Source of the DNA: Octopus sinensis
Lineage: Eukaryota
Assembly (NCBI RefSeq): GCF_006345805.1
Contig: NC_043012.1
Location: 15,066,001-15,130,000, forward strand
Length of the DNA stretch: 64,000 bases
Direction of reading: 5' to 3'
Part shown: positions 27,750-40,529 of the stretch, in pieces
How positions within the stretch are numbered: position 1 is the stretch's first letter
How the letters are laid out: each line of letters begins with the position of its first letter
Translations under genes and position numbers: made by a program
Notes under the pieces: model-generated
Databases searched by the model: none
Told to the model about the DNA's origin: nothing
Seen by the model: only the letters and a program-made list of their open reading frames with translations

Positions 27750-28482
27750 TATAGCCATCTTTTGTATTTTACTTGTTTCAGTCATTAGACTGTGACCATG
27801 CTGGAGCACCACCTAAAAGAATTTTTAGTTAAATAAAACAACCCCAATACCTTTTACCCGGTAGTTTTTTTTTTAAAGCCTGTTACTTATTCTATTGGTT
27901 TCTTTTGCTGAACTGTTAAGTCACAGGGATGTAAACACACCAACACCAGTTGTCAAGTGGGAGTGGAGGACTAACACAGACACAAAGATACAGATACACA
28001 CACACACACACATGGTTAAGAAGTTTGATTTGCCAATCATATGGACTTGGGTTCAGTCCCACTGCATGGAACCTTGGGCAAATGTCTTCTACTGTCACCT
28101 CCAGGGCCAACTAAAGCCTTGTGAGTGGACTTGGTAGGCAAAAACTAAAAGAAGCATATTGTGTGTGTGTGTGTCTTTTATTTGTTCACCATCAATGCTT
28201 GACAACTGATTTTGGTTTGTTTACGTTTCCATAACTTAGCAGTTTGGCAAAAGAGACCAACAGAATAATTACCAGACTTAAAAAAGCAAAAAAAGCACAG
28301 GGGTGAATTTGTTTGACTAACCTCTTCAAGATGGTTCCCAGCATGATTGAAGTTCAATGATTGAAGCAAATGAATGCTAAAAAATAGGAAATATTTGTTT
28401 TTAATAGAGGAAAGTATAAATTGAGAGAGAAATGTTTAAAATGTGAATGTTCAGTTATGATGTTTGTGATTATTTCTTGTAG

Positions 28483-28595
28483 AGAAGATTTCCAACCTTA
28501 TCAGCTTGAAAAGAAATGGGTTCGACCTCAAGAGATTTGGCAGAAGCCACCAGGAACAATCGACAATCTTACTTCATACAATATAACTTATACAG
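28483..28595 (+). CDS. SAXO: SAXO coding exon 3 (EDFQPY...LTSYNITYT)
   Basis: Acceptor tatttcttgtag|, donor G|gtagag, 113 nt, phase 2 to 1, open frame, SAXO-type repeat. Confidence 0.9.
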
Positions 28596-28629
28596 GTAGA
28601 GAGAATAATTAACATTTAATTTTAATTAC

Positions 28630-29270
28630 TCATCATCATCATCATCATCATCGTCGTTTAACGTCCGTTCTCCATGCTAGCATGGGTTGGACGGTTCGAC
28701 CGGGGTTCTGGGAAGCCAGAAGGCTGCACCAGGCTCCAGTCTAATTTGGCAATGTTTCTACAGCTGGATGCCCTTCCTAACGCCAACCACTCCGTGAGTG
28801 TAGTGGGTGCTTTTTACGTGCCACCTGCACAGGTGCCAGGCGGGGCTGGCAACGGCCACGGTCAGATTGGTGTATTTTATGTGCCACCGGCACGGAAGCC
28901 AGACGGGCGGTGCTGGCATCGGCCACGAGTTGGATAGTGCTTTTTACGTACCAGTGCTTTTTACGTACCACCAGACCAGGGATCCTGGCTGGTTCAATTC
29001 GATTTCGATTTCGATTTCGCTTGCCCCAACATGTCTTCACAAGCAAAGGGGGTTGGCAAGGGTGCCTGTCGTACGGTCGCATTGGAGTATTTTACGTGCC
29101 ACGGCCACGAGTCGGATAGTGCTTTTTACGTACCACCAGACCAGGGATCCTGGCTGGTTCAATTCGATTTCGATTTCGCTTGCCCCAACATGTCTTCACA
29201 AGCAAAGGAGGTTGGCATGGGTGCCTGTCGTACGGTCGCATTGGAGTATTTTACGTGCCACGGCCATGTT
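28630..29270 (-). mobile_element. (GAT)n-tailed non-autonomous retroelement, family C, with a ~155-bp internal duplication
   Basis: Shared block CATCATCGTTTAACGTCC...GCTAGCATGGGTTGGACGG. Copies at ~7680-8110, 9760-10050, 19000-19315, 20820-21257, 33150-33350, 41880-42090, 55231-55630 and 60880-61200. Confidence 0.85.
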
Positions 29271-31668
29271 ATGTTTTATCTTGAAGGAGATAATGAATAG
29301 TATTTCATTATCCCCTACCGACAATTATTTGTATATAACTAAATGTTTATATAACTTTACAAAAACTTACTTGTTCTGAGTCAAATCAACTTGCTAAATT
29401 GCCAAGCGCAAAAGATGTGTGGTTCCCAAATGTTCTGCTCATGTGTATCAAATACAATAGCTGTGAGGGTCAAGGTGCTGGATTGCTGATCAAAAGGTCA
29501 GCAGTTTAAACTTTTATTACAACAACAGCAATTGTATTATATCCATAGACTCAGTCTGCTTGGTTGACAATGGGTTCTGCAATAATATTTAGTATAATCG
29601 TTTATGAATTTGTGTTGCAAAATTCCTGATGTGAAACCATGTGTTGAAACAGATATTGTTATATTTTGGGGGAATGGACTAAGTAGGAGGATACACATGG
29701 ATGGAAAAGGTCACTGATGAAGTCACAGTTGTGTGACAAAAGGTTTCCAGACAATGGACATAAGATAAAGTAATGACAATGATAAACAAACAAATATATA
29801 GTGCTTGTGTTTATTTTGCAAAAAAATAAAAAACGACCATCCCGAAATATAACAATAAATTTAGTATAATATTTGTGATTAAGTGGTTTAGAAGCAAGAA
29901 TGGCAATTAGCTATGAAAAATAAATTACTCTGATTACAAACTTGCAAATTTTCAAATACATCCAGGCCATAGTTGCTGCAGTATGGCAAGCAAATGAAAT
30001 ATTTGTCCTTGCTTTCTAATACAATGTAGTGTACCTGTTTAGAATATTAATTAACAGCTACCTGGCATGAGCCTTTGTATTCATCAATGACACAATTCTT
30101 TCTACTATAGATACAGGGCCTGAAATTTTGTGGGAGGGGGCCATATCAATTACATGAACCTCAGTGCGTAACTGGTACTTATTTTACCAACCCCCAAAGG
30201 ATGAAAGGTAAAGTCGACTTTGGCAGAATTTGGATTGTTTTACTTTGAATATATTGTTATTATTTACTATGGCTGAGTTCCAGCCCAGACTGCAGCAATG
30301 AAGCCCACCCTCCACACTTCTCAGTCCATCCTCACTGCCTCAAGGTCCTGGATACATTCCAGGCCAGCATCTGCAATCAAATTGCTAATGTAAGTCTGAT
30401 GATGTTTTCCTTTTCTTACGTTACCATGAAGTGGGTTCCACATGACCATTTTTGAATGCTTCCAGTTCAGGGTGGTGCATGCAGTGACCAGATAGTTGCA
30501 GCTCCCTCCAACAAGTCATCCTAACGAGACGTCTGTGTTGGCTGGGTCATGCCCTCTGTCGTCAACCAGGAGAATTCATCTACAAAGCAATTGCCCCAGC
30601 TCCCCTTCAGGGTTGGCGAAAGCAATGTGGTTGAAAACGAAAAACCTGGCTGATGACAGTCAAGGCTGATCTGGAACCCAACCTAGGCTCCCATATCTAC
30701 GGTGTTCACCACTTGAATAAGGAATGGTTGGAGATCATGTGGTCGTTAGCCTCAGATCACCAGGCCTGGTCAGCGTTTGTGAGAGATGCAGCATTGAGGA
30801 TGCATGAAGCCAGCTCAACCCACCCTGGGTGAATGTTGTTTCAAGTCAAGTCAAAGTCAAGCTGCCTTTGCTTGATCTTCTGACTAACTTTCACAGAATG
30901 GTATAACTTGAACACATTCAAGATAATAGACGTTCTTTTACAAACCTCCAACTTTTTTTTTGTTTGTAGTTTCCATTGCATTACTGTATTTTCTGGCAGA
31001 TAAATCAACATAATATACAAACATGCATCATAAACATTAAAACATCATCACTTTTCTTTCAAATTCTGCTGCAATTTTTTTTGTTTTCAAAAGTCATTAT
31101 GGCGTATAATTTGACTTACCATTTTTTACTGTAAATTTTGGTCTGAAAAATTCAACTTGTAAACCAGAAAATATGAAAAATTGTTGCAAAAAATCTCCTG
31201 GAACCAATGCCACTAAGCATTTTGTCCAGCGTGCTGATGATCCTGCCAGGATACCAATTACAGAACAACAAATCATTGAACCTTTGGCATCTAAACCAAT
31301 GCTCTATTGTCTCAGTCAAGTCTCTTGATCACACCTGTGATGGTTTGTGGCCTAGTGGTTAAGGTATTGCACTCATGATTGTGAAATTACAGTTTCAATT
31401 CCTGGACTGGACAGTATGTTGTGTAGTTGAGCAAAACCCTTCATCTCACATTGCTCCAGTCCACAACAGCTGTAAAGAATAATCTTGTGATGCACTGGCA
31501 TTCCATTCAGGGAGAATGTTGTGATCTCTGTCACTTAATATGCTAAGGGAACTGGGGGAACCAACCCTATGCATCTTAGAACTGAAGACAGTCTCATCCA
31601 GGAGACTTACTTCACTTTTCTTTACTCGATTGCTCCTTCTTCAGCATGAATGTTTTCTTTTTATTCAG

Positions 31669-31755
31669 GGAGACAGTCGGCCCCAGTTAGACCTATCCGA
31701 CATGACAAGTTAACTCTTAGCGTCGGCAAATTTGAAGGTGAACCAACCTATAGAG
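31669..31755 (+). CDS. SAXO: SAXO coding exon 4 (RQSAPVRPIR...EPTYR)
   Basis: Acceptor ttttctttttattcag|, donor G|gtaagt, 87 nt, phase 1 to 1. PTYR-ADY junction resembles vertebrate SAXO1 PTYK-ADY. Confidence 0.92.
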
Positions 31756-32186
31756 GTAAGTAAGACACTGGTAGCGGTGGTGGTGGTGATAACGATGACA
31801 ATGATGGTGGTGGTGGTGGTGGTGGTGATGATGGTGGTGGTGGTGGTGGTGATGATGGTGGTGGTGGCGGCGACGACGATGACGATGATGCATTACTTGT
31901 GGCTAGTATGATGCTATATTGTCTTCTTTAGTCCCATTTAGTCCTTTCCAGTCACTTGAGCCAAATAGAGTCAAGTTCAGTGGTTTCACAGAGGAGCAGA
32001 AAGTTGTAGAATATATTACTGCTCAGAGTTTCACAGAATGGTATTACTTGAACGCATTTTGAAATTACAGACATTCTTTCACAAACCTTCATGGCTTACC
32101 TTTTTTTTTCTTTTTTAGTAGTTTCCATAGCATTACTTATTTTCTGGTATACAAGTCAATTTAATATATAGTGTAGACTTGTAGTA

Positions 32187-32541
32187 TCTCTCTATATATA
32201 AAAGGAAAAATGTCTGTGTGTGTGTCCTTTATACAAATCCACAATTTTTCAGTTAGAGGGCTCGCACTTTCTATGGTCATTCAAAACCGTCCAAGGGTGG
32301 TCGTGCACATCTTTAAATTTCCCCAGTCACCCCGCAAAGCCATTAAAAAATCAATAGAAGTGACTTTTTTGTGAATTTTCTATTCCAAACCTAATCAAAA
32401 TGCCCGAAACTTGATACGCCAATTGAATGCTAGCTAGCTGTATGTGATTGGTCGGAGATTTGGACAGTACTCGCGTGTATGTGCGCACGCACGCAGCTAT
32501 ATATGCATGCACTAGCACTATAACCCGGGTCATAGTGCTAG
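32187..32541 (+). mobile_element. Non-autonomous Helitron
   Basis: A|TC start, terminal hairpin ACTAGCACTAT-N10-ATAGTGCTAGT, CTAG|T end, no TSD. Second copy with internal deletion at ~63180-63437. Confidence 0.8.
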
Positions 32542-33032
32542 TAAACATTAAACCATCATCACTTTCTTTCCAAATTCTGCTGCAATTTGCATGGAATTTT
32601 TGGTTCTCTAAAGTCACCCTTGCGTATAAGTTGACCTCCCACTTTTGGCTGTAAATTTTGGTCTGAAAAATTCAATTTGTATGCTGGGAAATATGAATAA
32701 GCTGATGTGAAAAAATCTTCTCGGTACTATCAATGTCTTGCTAGTAACATTTTCCACAGGCTGAATTAAACAACTCACCCCCAATAAACCAATGAAATAC
32801 ACTGGAATTCTGGTTTAAAAAAGCCCATATAACATCTCATAACTTTTTTTATGTTTTGGTATTTTCAGAAAATTTTTGTTAATTTGTATTCTGCACATGG
32901 AAATTCATACGATTATGCAAAAAAATGTTTTTTTATGTGATTTAAGGGTGATTTAGTTATTTTTAGCACATCTCATGACCTTCCTGTGTCACTCTGACAT
33001 CTATTTTGATGGCATACACTGCTCTCTCACTC

Positions 33033-33066
<34 letters not shown>

Positions 33067-33654
33067 GTGAAAATCCTTTCTACTATAGGCACAAGGCCTG
33101 AAATTATTTTGGAGAAGAAACTAGTCGATTACATCGACCCAGTGTTTCATCATCGTTTAACGTCCATTTTCCATGCTAGCATGGGTTGGACGGTTTGACT
33201 GGGGTCTGGGAAGCCAGGAGGCTGCACCAGGCTCCATCTGATCTGGCAGTGTTTCTACAGCTGGATGCCCTTTCTAACGCCAACCACTCCGTGAGTGTTG
33301 TGGGTGCTTTTTACGTGCCACCGGCACAGGTGCCAGAGGAGGCTGGCAAACTCAACTGATACTTAATTTATCAACTTTGAAAGGATGAAAGTCGACCCTG
33401 GCAGAATTTAAACTCAGACTATAAGGACGGACAAAATTCCACTAAGCATTTTACCTGGTGCATTAATGATTCTGCCAGCTTGCTGCCTTGTTAATAATAA
33501 TAATAATAATATTAATGCTTTCTACTAAAGGCACAAGGCCTGAAATTTTGTGGGAGGGGACTAGTCGATTACATCGACCCCAGTATTTCACTGGTACTTA
33601 ACTTATCAACCCTGAAAGGATGAAAAACAAAGTCAACCTTGGAGAAATTCGAAC

Positions 33655-33829
33655 TAACTTCTAATTTTTTAATGCTTTGACAGACATTCTCTGGAAAAAT
33701 ACTTTGGACAACACCAAAACTATGGCATTCTAGGCATAACATCAACTTGTTGCCTCTTGAGCTCTCTGGATGAGATTTGGAGTCAACTCGTACAAATACA
33801 AAGCAAAAGCCAAACATATAATAATAATA

Positions 33830-33874
<45 letters not shown>

Positions 33875-34026
33875 CAAACACTAAGTACAAAACCAAATAT
33901 ATGGCACCCTCGGCATAACACCAACATGAACTTCCAACTCTTGAGGTCTCTGGGTGAGACTTGGAGCCAGCTTGTGCAAATGCAAAGCAAAAGTCAAACA
34001 TAAATATAATAATAATAATAATAATG

Positions 34027-34061
<35 letters not shown>

Positions 34062-34075
34062 TAGTAATAAGATGA
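33655..34075 (+). mobile_element. Two tandem 3' ends of a (TAA)n-tailed LINE (Dong-like)
   Basis: Duplicated block ...CTCTCTGG.TGAGA.TTGGAG.CA.CT.GT.CAAAT..AAAGCAAAAG.CAAACATA, each followed by (TAA)n. Confidence 0.55.
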
Positions 34076-34116
34076 TGATGATGATGATGATATGTACACA
34101 TTTTCTTATTTTTTAG

Positions 34117-35075
34117 CTGATTACAAGAAGTGGGACAAAATTCCATCAAAAAAATATGGCCCAGTATACAGTTGGAGTCCACCAACACAGAAATTGGCTA
34201 ATGAATCAACATTCACTCGAGATTTTAAATACAACTATGAACCACCAAGAAAAAGCATGAGACCAGAAATTTTAAGCAAGATAGAGCCACCATTGGAAGA
34301 CAAAACTGGCTATCGTGAAGATTATGTAGCACATTCACTGCCACCGAAGGTTTTGAAAGAAAAACAGACCTATAATCTTCCAGCAGTCCCTCTTGACTGC
34401 TTAACAACTTCTAGGCATGATTATCAAGGCCAATCCGGTCCGCGCACACTCAGCTACAAACCAAAACTTACTCCTGTATGTGCACAAGAACCATTTCCTG
34501 ACATGACAACATTCAAACAAGATTTTTGTGAATGGCCAACAGAAAAGCGAAGCATTCGCCAACCAACTCAGTACGTAAAACCACCTGGGAAGGTGGAGCA
34601 AAATACGGTACATAAACTTACTTACAAAGAGTTCCCTGTTCAGCATACAACTAGTTATCGACCTAAAACAAGCCACAGACCACTAGGAAACATTGAGAGC
34701 AACACAAGCTACAATACGGACTACAAACGATTTGATGTTCCTCCAGTGAGAATTAGCAAAAAGGAGTCTTATGCACCACCTGAAGTACCATTCCAAGGAA
34801 TTTCAACTCACCAAGCCCACTTCATTGAGCATCCAAGGACACAGACCAAAAGTTTCAAACCAACGAGTTTCCAAAGAACTGATGAAGCTCCTTTAGATGA
34901 CAGCACAATGTACAGAAACGAGTACACGCCCAAAGAAGTCCCCGTCTGTCCAATTATCTTTCTTAACACTGACAAAAGCTTGTATGAGTTTGAAGGAAAC
35001 TCTAAGACAGGCCATCAGTTATATAAACCTTTGTCCTCACTGCAAAGTAAAAGAGCACAACTTGTGGCAGCCTAA
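34117..35075 (+). CDS. SAXO: SAXO terminal coding exon 5 (ADYKKW...AQLVAA*)
   Basis: Acceptor ttttcttattttttag|. Lies in the 327-aa ORF with repeated Mn-like motifs (STFTRDF, TGYREDY, TTSRHDY, TTFKQDF, TSYNTDY, TMYRNEY) and the SAXO C-terminal GHQLYKP. Spliced CDS totals 1371 nt (456 aa plus stop). Confidence 0.96.
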
Positions 35076-35483
35076 AAAAATATATTTTCATCAGAAAATG
35101 TTAATAGTTTGTACACAGTTTACATCTTTGAGTGGAGGAAAACGTTCGACTTTATTAAGTGAATTGCTTAATAATTAAGAATTATCAAACATTAATATTG
35201 TTAAGGTGTTGTCCTGTCGTCGTGTAGTTTAGTTTCAAACTAATATCTTCTCTATAATACCATTCACTACACACTTTCTAATGGAAATATATTGTTAGCA
35301 CAGCACACAAATATGTTCAAATTGAGAAAGTGTCATCATAATACAAAAAGAAAATATATTACAATGTATGTGAAACATATTTCATAAATGAGATCAAACT
35401 ATCTTTGAATTTAGTCGGCAGAACCCTCAAATATAGTGCTGCTCTTCAGAATAATATCACTACATCTTCTCTATTCACACACA

Positions 35484-35574
<91 letters not shown>

Positions 35575-35610
35575 CTGACCACTTTAAATCTTGCCAACTG
35601 AGAACAAAAA

Positions 35611-35652
35611 ACTTGTCTGACGAGGTCTAATGAGACCGAAACAAGTCAGCAG
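35611..35652 (+). ncRNA. Minimal hammerhead core with defective stem I
   Basis: CTGACGA GGTCT AATG AGACC GAAA CAAG TC. Perfect core and stem II, but the flanks do not form a proper stem I. Confidence 0.5.
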
Positions 35653-36215
35653 CTTTAAGGATAAGAGCCATTCCATTCTCATACAGCATTTTCTGAATTT
35701 TCAAAAAAATTTCGTTTAATCTCTTACTTTTCTTTTTTTGGCTTTCCTGCATCTCTAGAGGGAACTTTCGTACACTAAATGCCTGGATAATATCAGTTAA
35801 TCAAAGTTTATCAGCTCACTTCTGTTACACGTGTGAGATATTTCTGCATATTAATATGTGACACGTGTGAGATATTTCTGCATATTAATATGAGAGAGAA
35901 ATGGAAAGAAGATTCCTAATGTTTGGCAATATCTGGATATGGGTGGTGAAAATGACTTGGTGAAACAACATCATTGTAAATAAATACCAAAAAAATATAT
36001 TCGTCATATTTGTTGAGAAAGGGTAAAAATGATTAAAAAAAATTAACGTTTGAAAGAGATCAACATCTTCTAGAGTCAATGTATGATAATCATTACGGTT
36101 AATATTTTGGAAAAAACAAAATGAAAAAGCATTTGTGTTTTGTTTCTTTTTCTAAACAATTATAGTATGTGTACACACACACACACGCATATGTATGTAT
36201 ACATATGTATATGTA

Positions 36216-36736
36216 CTGTAAATCCTCGAGTATAATCCGCATCCCCCCCCCCCAAATTTAACGGTCAAAATCCCTAGTGCGTACTATATACGAGGTTAAA
36301 AATGAGAATTATTTTCTAAGCAATGTCCGAGTCTCTATTTGCTGCCCGGCAATGTTTATTCAGACACTTTTGTGATGTTGGGCGCGAAAATACCTTAAGC
36401 TAAGCCTGAAAGCAATGAAGTCATAAAAGAATCATCCATAACTTGCAATAAGCAACATTTATTAAACGTTATTACTGTTAATACTGTTATTTCTTTATTT
36501 TCTGCAAACAAAATGCACAAAAAAAGCTACACGTTTGCATTATGTTATATATACAATAATAATAAAGGACGTTACCGTACACATTTTTACAAAGCAAGGA
36601 CGTTATATAGACCTCCTTGACTCAAGTTAGAGAAGGGGTGCGTATTATACACAAGGTTTAGGTTTTTCAGAGGTACAGCCCCCTAAAAATCCCCTGCATA
36701 TTATACTCAAGGGCGGACTATACTTGAGGATTACGG
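36216..36736. mobile_element. Tc1/mariner (pogo-like) MITE
   Basis: Imperfect ~25-bp TIRs CTGTAAATCCTCGAGTATAATCCGC / GCGGACTATACTTGAGGATTACGG, with TA on both sides. Confidence 0.8.
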
Positions 36737-36754
36737 TATGCATGTATATGTGTC

Positions 36755-36838
<84 letters not shown>

Positions 36839-37045
36839 GTGAAATAGAAAGATGAATAATCTTGTTGTAGATTAATCAAAAGTTAACCGATACCTTAGTA
36901 GCAAAAATCACAGCAGTAAACAGCACGGTTGGAGGTACAACCATCTGGCGTTGCAACCGTGCGTTGGTGCGGATAATTGAAATTAAAACATTATTGGTGA
37001 ATTGAAGAAATGGAGCTGAACGCAGATTGAACAGAAATCGTTTTA

Positions 37046-37134
37046 TTTCATTCTACACGTGTTTCGAAAGGCACAAATTACCAAAATCCGATTGAATAAT
37101 GGGACCATATTGTGTCTTTCTCTTCAGGAAGAAA
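37046..37134 (-). ncRNA. Type I hammerhead ribozyme, mirror copy
   Basis: Same as 37321-37409 but with a perfectly palindromic stem III, ACACGTGT. Confidence 0.8.
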
Positions 37135-37320
37135 AAAGGAAATCCGTTAGAGAAACAAAAACAGAACAGAGGCGGAGCAAAAACCAAATCGAACTATGCT
37201 CCTAAGAGCCCATGGCGAAACTCTGGCGAAACAGTTTCGCCATGGGCTCTTAGGAGCATAGTTCGATTTGGTTTTTGCTCCGCCTCTGTTCTGTTTTTGT
37301 TTCTCTAACGGATTTCCTTT

Positions 37321-37409
37321 TTTCTTCCTGAAGAGAAAGACACAATATGGTCCCATTATTCAATCGGATTTTGGTAATTTGTGCCTTTCGAAACATGTGT
37401 AGAATGAAA
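37321..37409 (+). ncRNA. Type I hammerhead ribozyme
   Basis: Stem I TTTCTTC/GAA(T)GAAA; CTGAAGA 37328-37334; stem II GAAAG-A-CACAA/TTGTG-C-CTTTC; GAAA 37390-37393; stem III ACATGTGT; GUA cleavage after 37401. Confidence 0.78.
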
Positions 37410-37510
37410 TAAAACGATTTCTGTTCAATCTGCGTTCAGCTCCATTTCTTCAATTCACCAATATGTTTTATATATATTATATATATATATATATATATTA
37501 TATATACATA

Positions 37511-39225
37511 TCTTTCTATATAAAATTCACTCTCTATTCACGTGTATGTGTCTACTTTATGCACAGCCAAACTGCTGAGTCAATCTGTACCAAATTTGGC
37601 ATGAAGGTTTACTCGGTGAATGTTCTAGGGGATTCAAATTTTGGCCCTTACCCATATAGGGGGCTGCAGCTCCCCTCCCCCATGCAACCCTTCTGAATTT
37701 TTTTTCCAGCAGATTCCTATATTTTCAGTGAGGGAAATTCCGAATAGGCAAAAAAACCATGTTTTCAACATTTTTAATTCACCCCCCCTCCCTGCAACTT
37801 TTAAATTTTAAACTTTTTTAAAATTTTTTTTTCAATCAACATAGAAAAATAGAGAGATTAAGAATATAGAAAAGAAATTTTTAATTAAAAATTTTTCATG
37901 AAGAACTCCAAAATTGATACACACACCTCTCACCACCCCATCATGTTGTCTAAACCTGAAAATGAATTGCTAAAAATAACAGCTAAATGTCTGGAAAATT
38001 TTGGTGTTTGTGCGTGCACACATGCAACAATTTCTACAGCTTATGTGAACGAACATAAAATTTGCAACATTTCTAAGATGTCAGCAAAGGCCAAGGTCTT
38101 GCAGCAGACGTCCTTGATTGTCTGGGATGAATGCACCATGTCTCACTGTGGAGCACTTGAAGCTGTTGACCGTAGCCTAAGAGATTTAAGAGGAAAGGAC
38201 ATTTTTATGGGTAGTGTCACTGTAGTTTTGGCTGGAGATTTCAGACAAACCCTTCTTGTGATCCAAAAGGTACAAAGGCAGATGAACTAAAGGCCTGTTT
38301 CAAGCAATCCTGTCTGTGGAGGCAAGTGACCAAACAGCACCTGATAGTTAACATAAGGTTCCAATTATTTGGTGATCAAACTGCTGGGCTGTTTTCACGC
38401 CAGCTTTTGAACATAGGCAATGTCTACCACATGCAGCAACACAGGAGGCGCAATGGCCCAGTTGTTAGGGCAGCGGACTCGCGGTCGGAGGATTGCGGTT
38501 TCGATTCCCAGATCGGGCGTTGTGTGTGTTTATTGAGCGAAAACACCCAAAGCTCCATGAGGCCCCAGCAGAGGGTGGTGGCAACCTCTGTTGTACTCTT
38601 TCGCCTCAACTTTCTCTCACTCTTTCTTCCTGTTTCTTGTCCCCGACCTTCTACGCACCGCTGAGCCTGGATGCGCATTCATCCATCCGTCGATGCTCTC
38701 GGTGTCGGGGGTTGACCTGCTTTCTCTTTTGCGGGTCTTACGAATAGCAAAGGACCTCGTTTCGGACTTCTCCCAAACACTCAACAAACAAACAAAAAGC
38801 AGCAACACAAGCTACCCTGTGGTGAGATGCTACCAACTGTCAATCATCTGAAATTGCATGTTTTTTCCAAACATTGCACAAAACTTTAGCAAGTTAATGG
38901 CTATGTGAGTGAGTCATCTCAGCTCCACATAATGATGCTGTCAACAAAATTAATTGGGATCCCTTGCAGCCCATTGCCACTGATCAATGAGTGTCAAATC
39001 CCTTGACACTGTTATTGATCAGGACCAAGCTGTAGTTTTTCCAACTAAGTTCCTGGAGGGGCTGTGTGGTAAGCAGCTTGCTTACCAACCACATGGTTCC
39101 GGGTTCAGTCTCACTGTGTGACACCTTGGGCAAGTGTCTTCTACTATAGCCTTGGGCCGACCAAAGCCTTGTGAGTGGATTTGGTAGACGGAAACTGAAA
39201 GAAGCCCATTGTATATATGTATATA

Positions 39226-39262
<37 letters not shown>

Positions 39263-40274
39263 TATATATATATATATAAATTATTAGAGAGTCATCCACT
39301 ATGTGGATAACTCTAGTGCTAAAAATAGCTCCGAAGCAACCACAGAAGATCCGTTTCCAACTAGAATCAACACACATCTAACTGAAGGAAAGTGAAATAC
39401 AACGAATAAAATAGATTGACTCTATACAATTGTTTCATTACTAATATATATATATATATATATATATTTGTGTGTATGTTTGTGTGTCTGTGTTTGTCCC
39501 CCCCCAACATCGCTTAACAACCGATGTTGGTGTGTTTACATCCCCGTAACTTAGCTGTTCGGCAAAAGAGACCAATAGAATAAGTACTGGGCTTACAAAG
39601 AATAAGTCCTGGGGTCGATTTCCTCGACTAAAGGCGGGGCTCCAGCATGGCCGCAGTCAATTGACTGAAACAAGTAAAAGAGTAAGAGTAAAGAGCAGGC
39701 CCCTACAGCCACCTGGGATGCCACCTCACAATTTAACACTTAAAAAGGGCCCCTCCCTCCCAATCATGCTGTTCAGGAATCAGGATCTACCTTGCCTGTG
39801 CAATGGCACCAGACTGGTGGTGAAAGCAATGCAGCACCATGTCCTACAGGCAGCAATTATCACTGGTAAATATAAGGGTGAGGATGTCTTCATTCCACAG
39901 ATTATGTTTATCCCATCTGACCTCCCCTTTGAATTTAAACAGCTCCAGTTCCCAGTGAGACTAAGTTTTGCTATGTCGATAAACAACTCTCAAGGTTGTT
40001 GGACTTAACCTTGCTTTTCCCTGCTTCTCTCATGGGCAATTAGGTAGGATGTTCATGAGTTGGAAGCCCCAAAACTCTTTTTATTTGTATTCCAATTAAA
40101 GGCCCCACTGAAAACATTGAATATTTAGAAGTTCTACAAAATTAAACTGATTGATTTCAGGATTTGTTTATACTCCTATCATCTAATAGAATGTTTCTGA
40201 ATAAATTTATTAGAATAAATATATTTCCTTTAACATTCTTTAAACTTCTAAGCAACACTGGGTACTTAGGCTAG
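37511..40274 (+). mobile_element. Internally deleted Helitron with Pif1-helicase remnants
   Basis: A|TCTTTCTATATAAAA start and CTAG|T end. Motifs IVWDECTM..LEAVDRSLRDLR..LAGDFRQTL (37898-38290) and PPHNLTLK..LCNGTRL..QFPVRLSFAMSIN.SQG (39700-39995). Confidence 0.9.
38444..38798 (+). mobile_element. Young CpG-rich tRNA-derived SINE (family E) inside the Helitron
   Basis: A/B-box head, (CAAA)n tail, 11-bp TSD GCAGCAACACA (38433-38443 / 38799-38809). Confidence 0.85.
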
Positions 40275-40448
40275 TATATATATATATATATATAAAATAA
40301 ATATAAGAGAGTGGTCACTATATGGCTCACTCTAGCACCAGTTAATCCAAAAGGTTTCAACCACAAAAATACATGTTTCCCATGAAAGTCAGTACGATTG
40401 TTAGCTCACACGGACAGGGCAAATAAAAAATAACAAAAATACAGATTA

Positions 40449-40529
40449 TTTTGGGACAATTGTTTCGCTATTAATGAATTAAATGTAATTTTACTTACAA
40501 AAAATCCACTTGTAGCTCCTCAGCCAAAA
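40449..40529 (-). ncRNA. Type I hammerhead ribozyme, mirror copy in the left arm of the fold-back
   Basis: Reverse complement of 40847-40928 with all core positions intact. Confidence 0.83.

Larger units (their letters stand above)
36835..37470. mobile_element. Penelope-like element remnant with an inverted terminal copy, between (TA)n tracts
   Basis: 230-bp near-perfect inverted arms (36993-37222 / 37233-37462), each carrying a hammerhead. (TA)n on both sides. Confidence 0.75.

Noticed and set aside
38690-38770. Possible HDV-like ribozyme (CGAAT preceded by stems) in the young SINE
   Set aside because: Pairings form simple hairpins (GACCTGC/GCGGGTC) and not the nested double pseudoknot; more likely a SINE/LINE 3' stem-loop.
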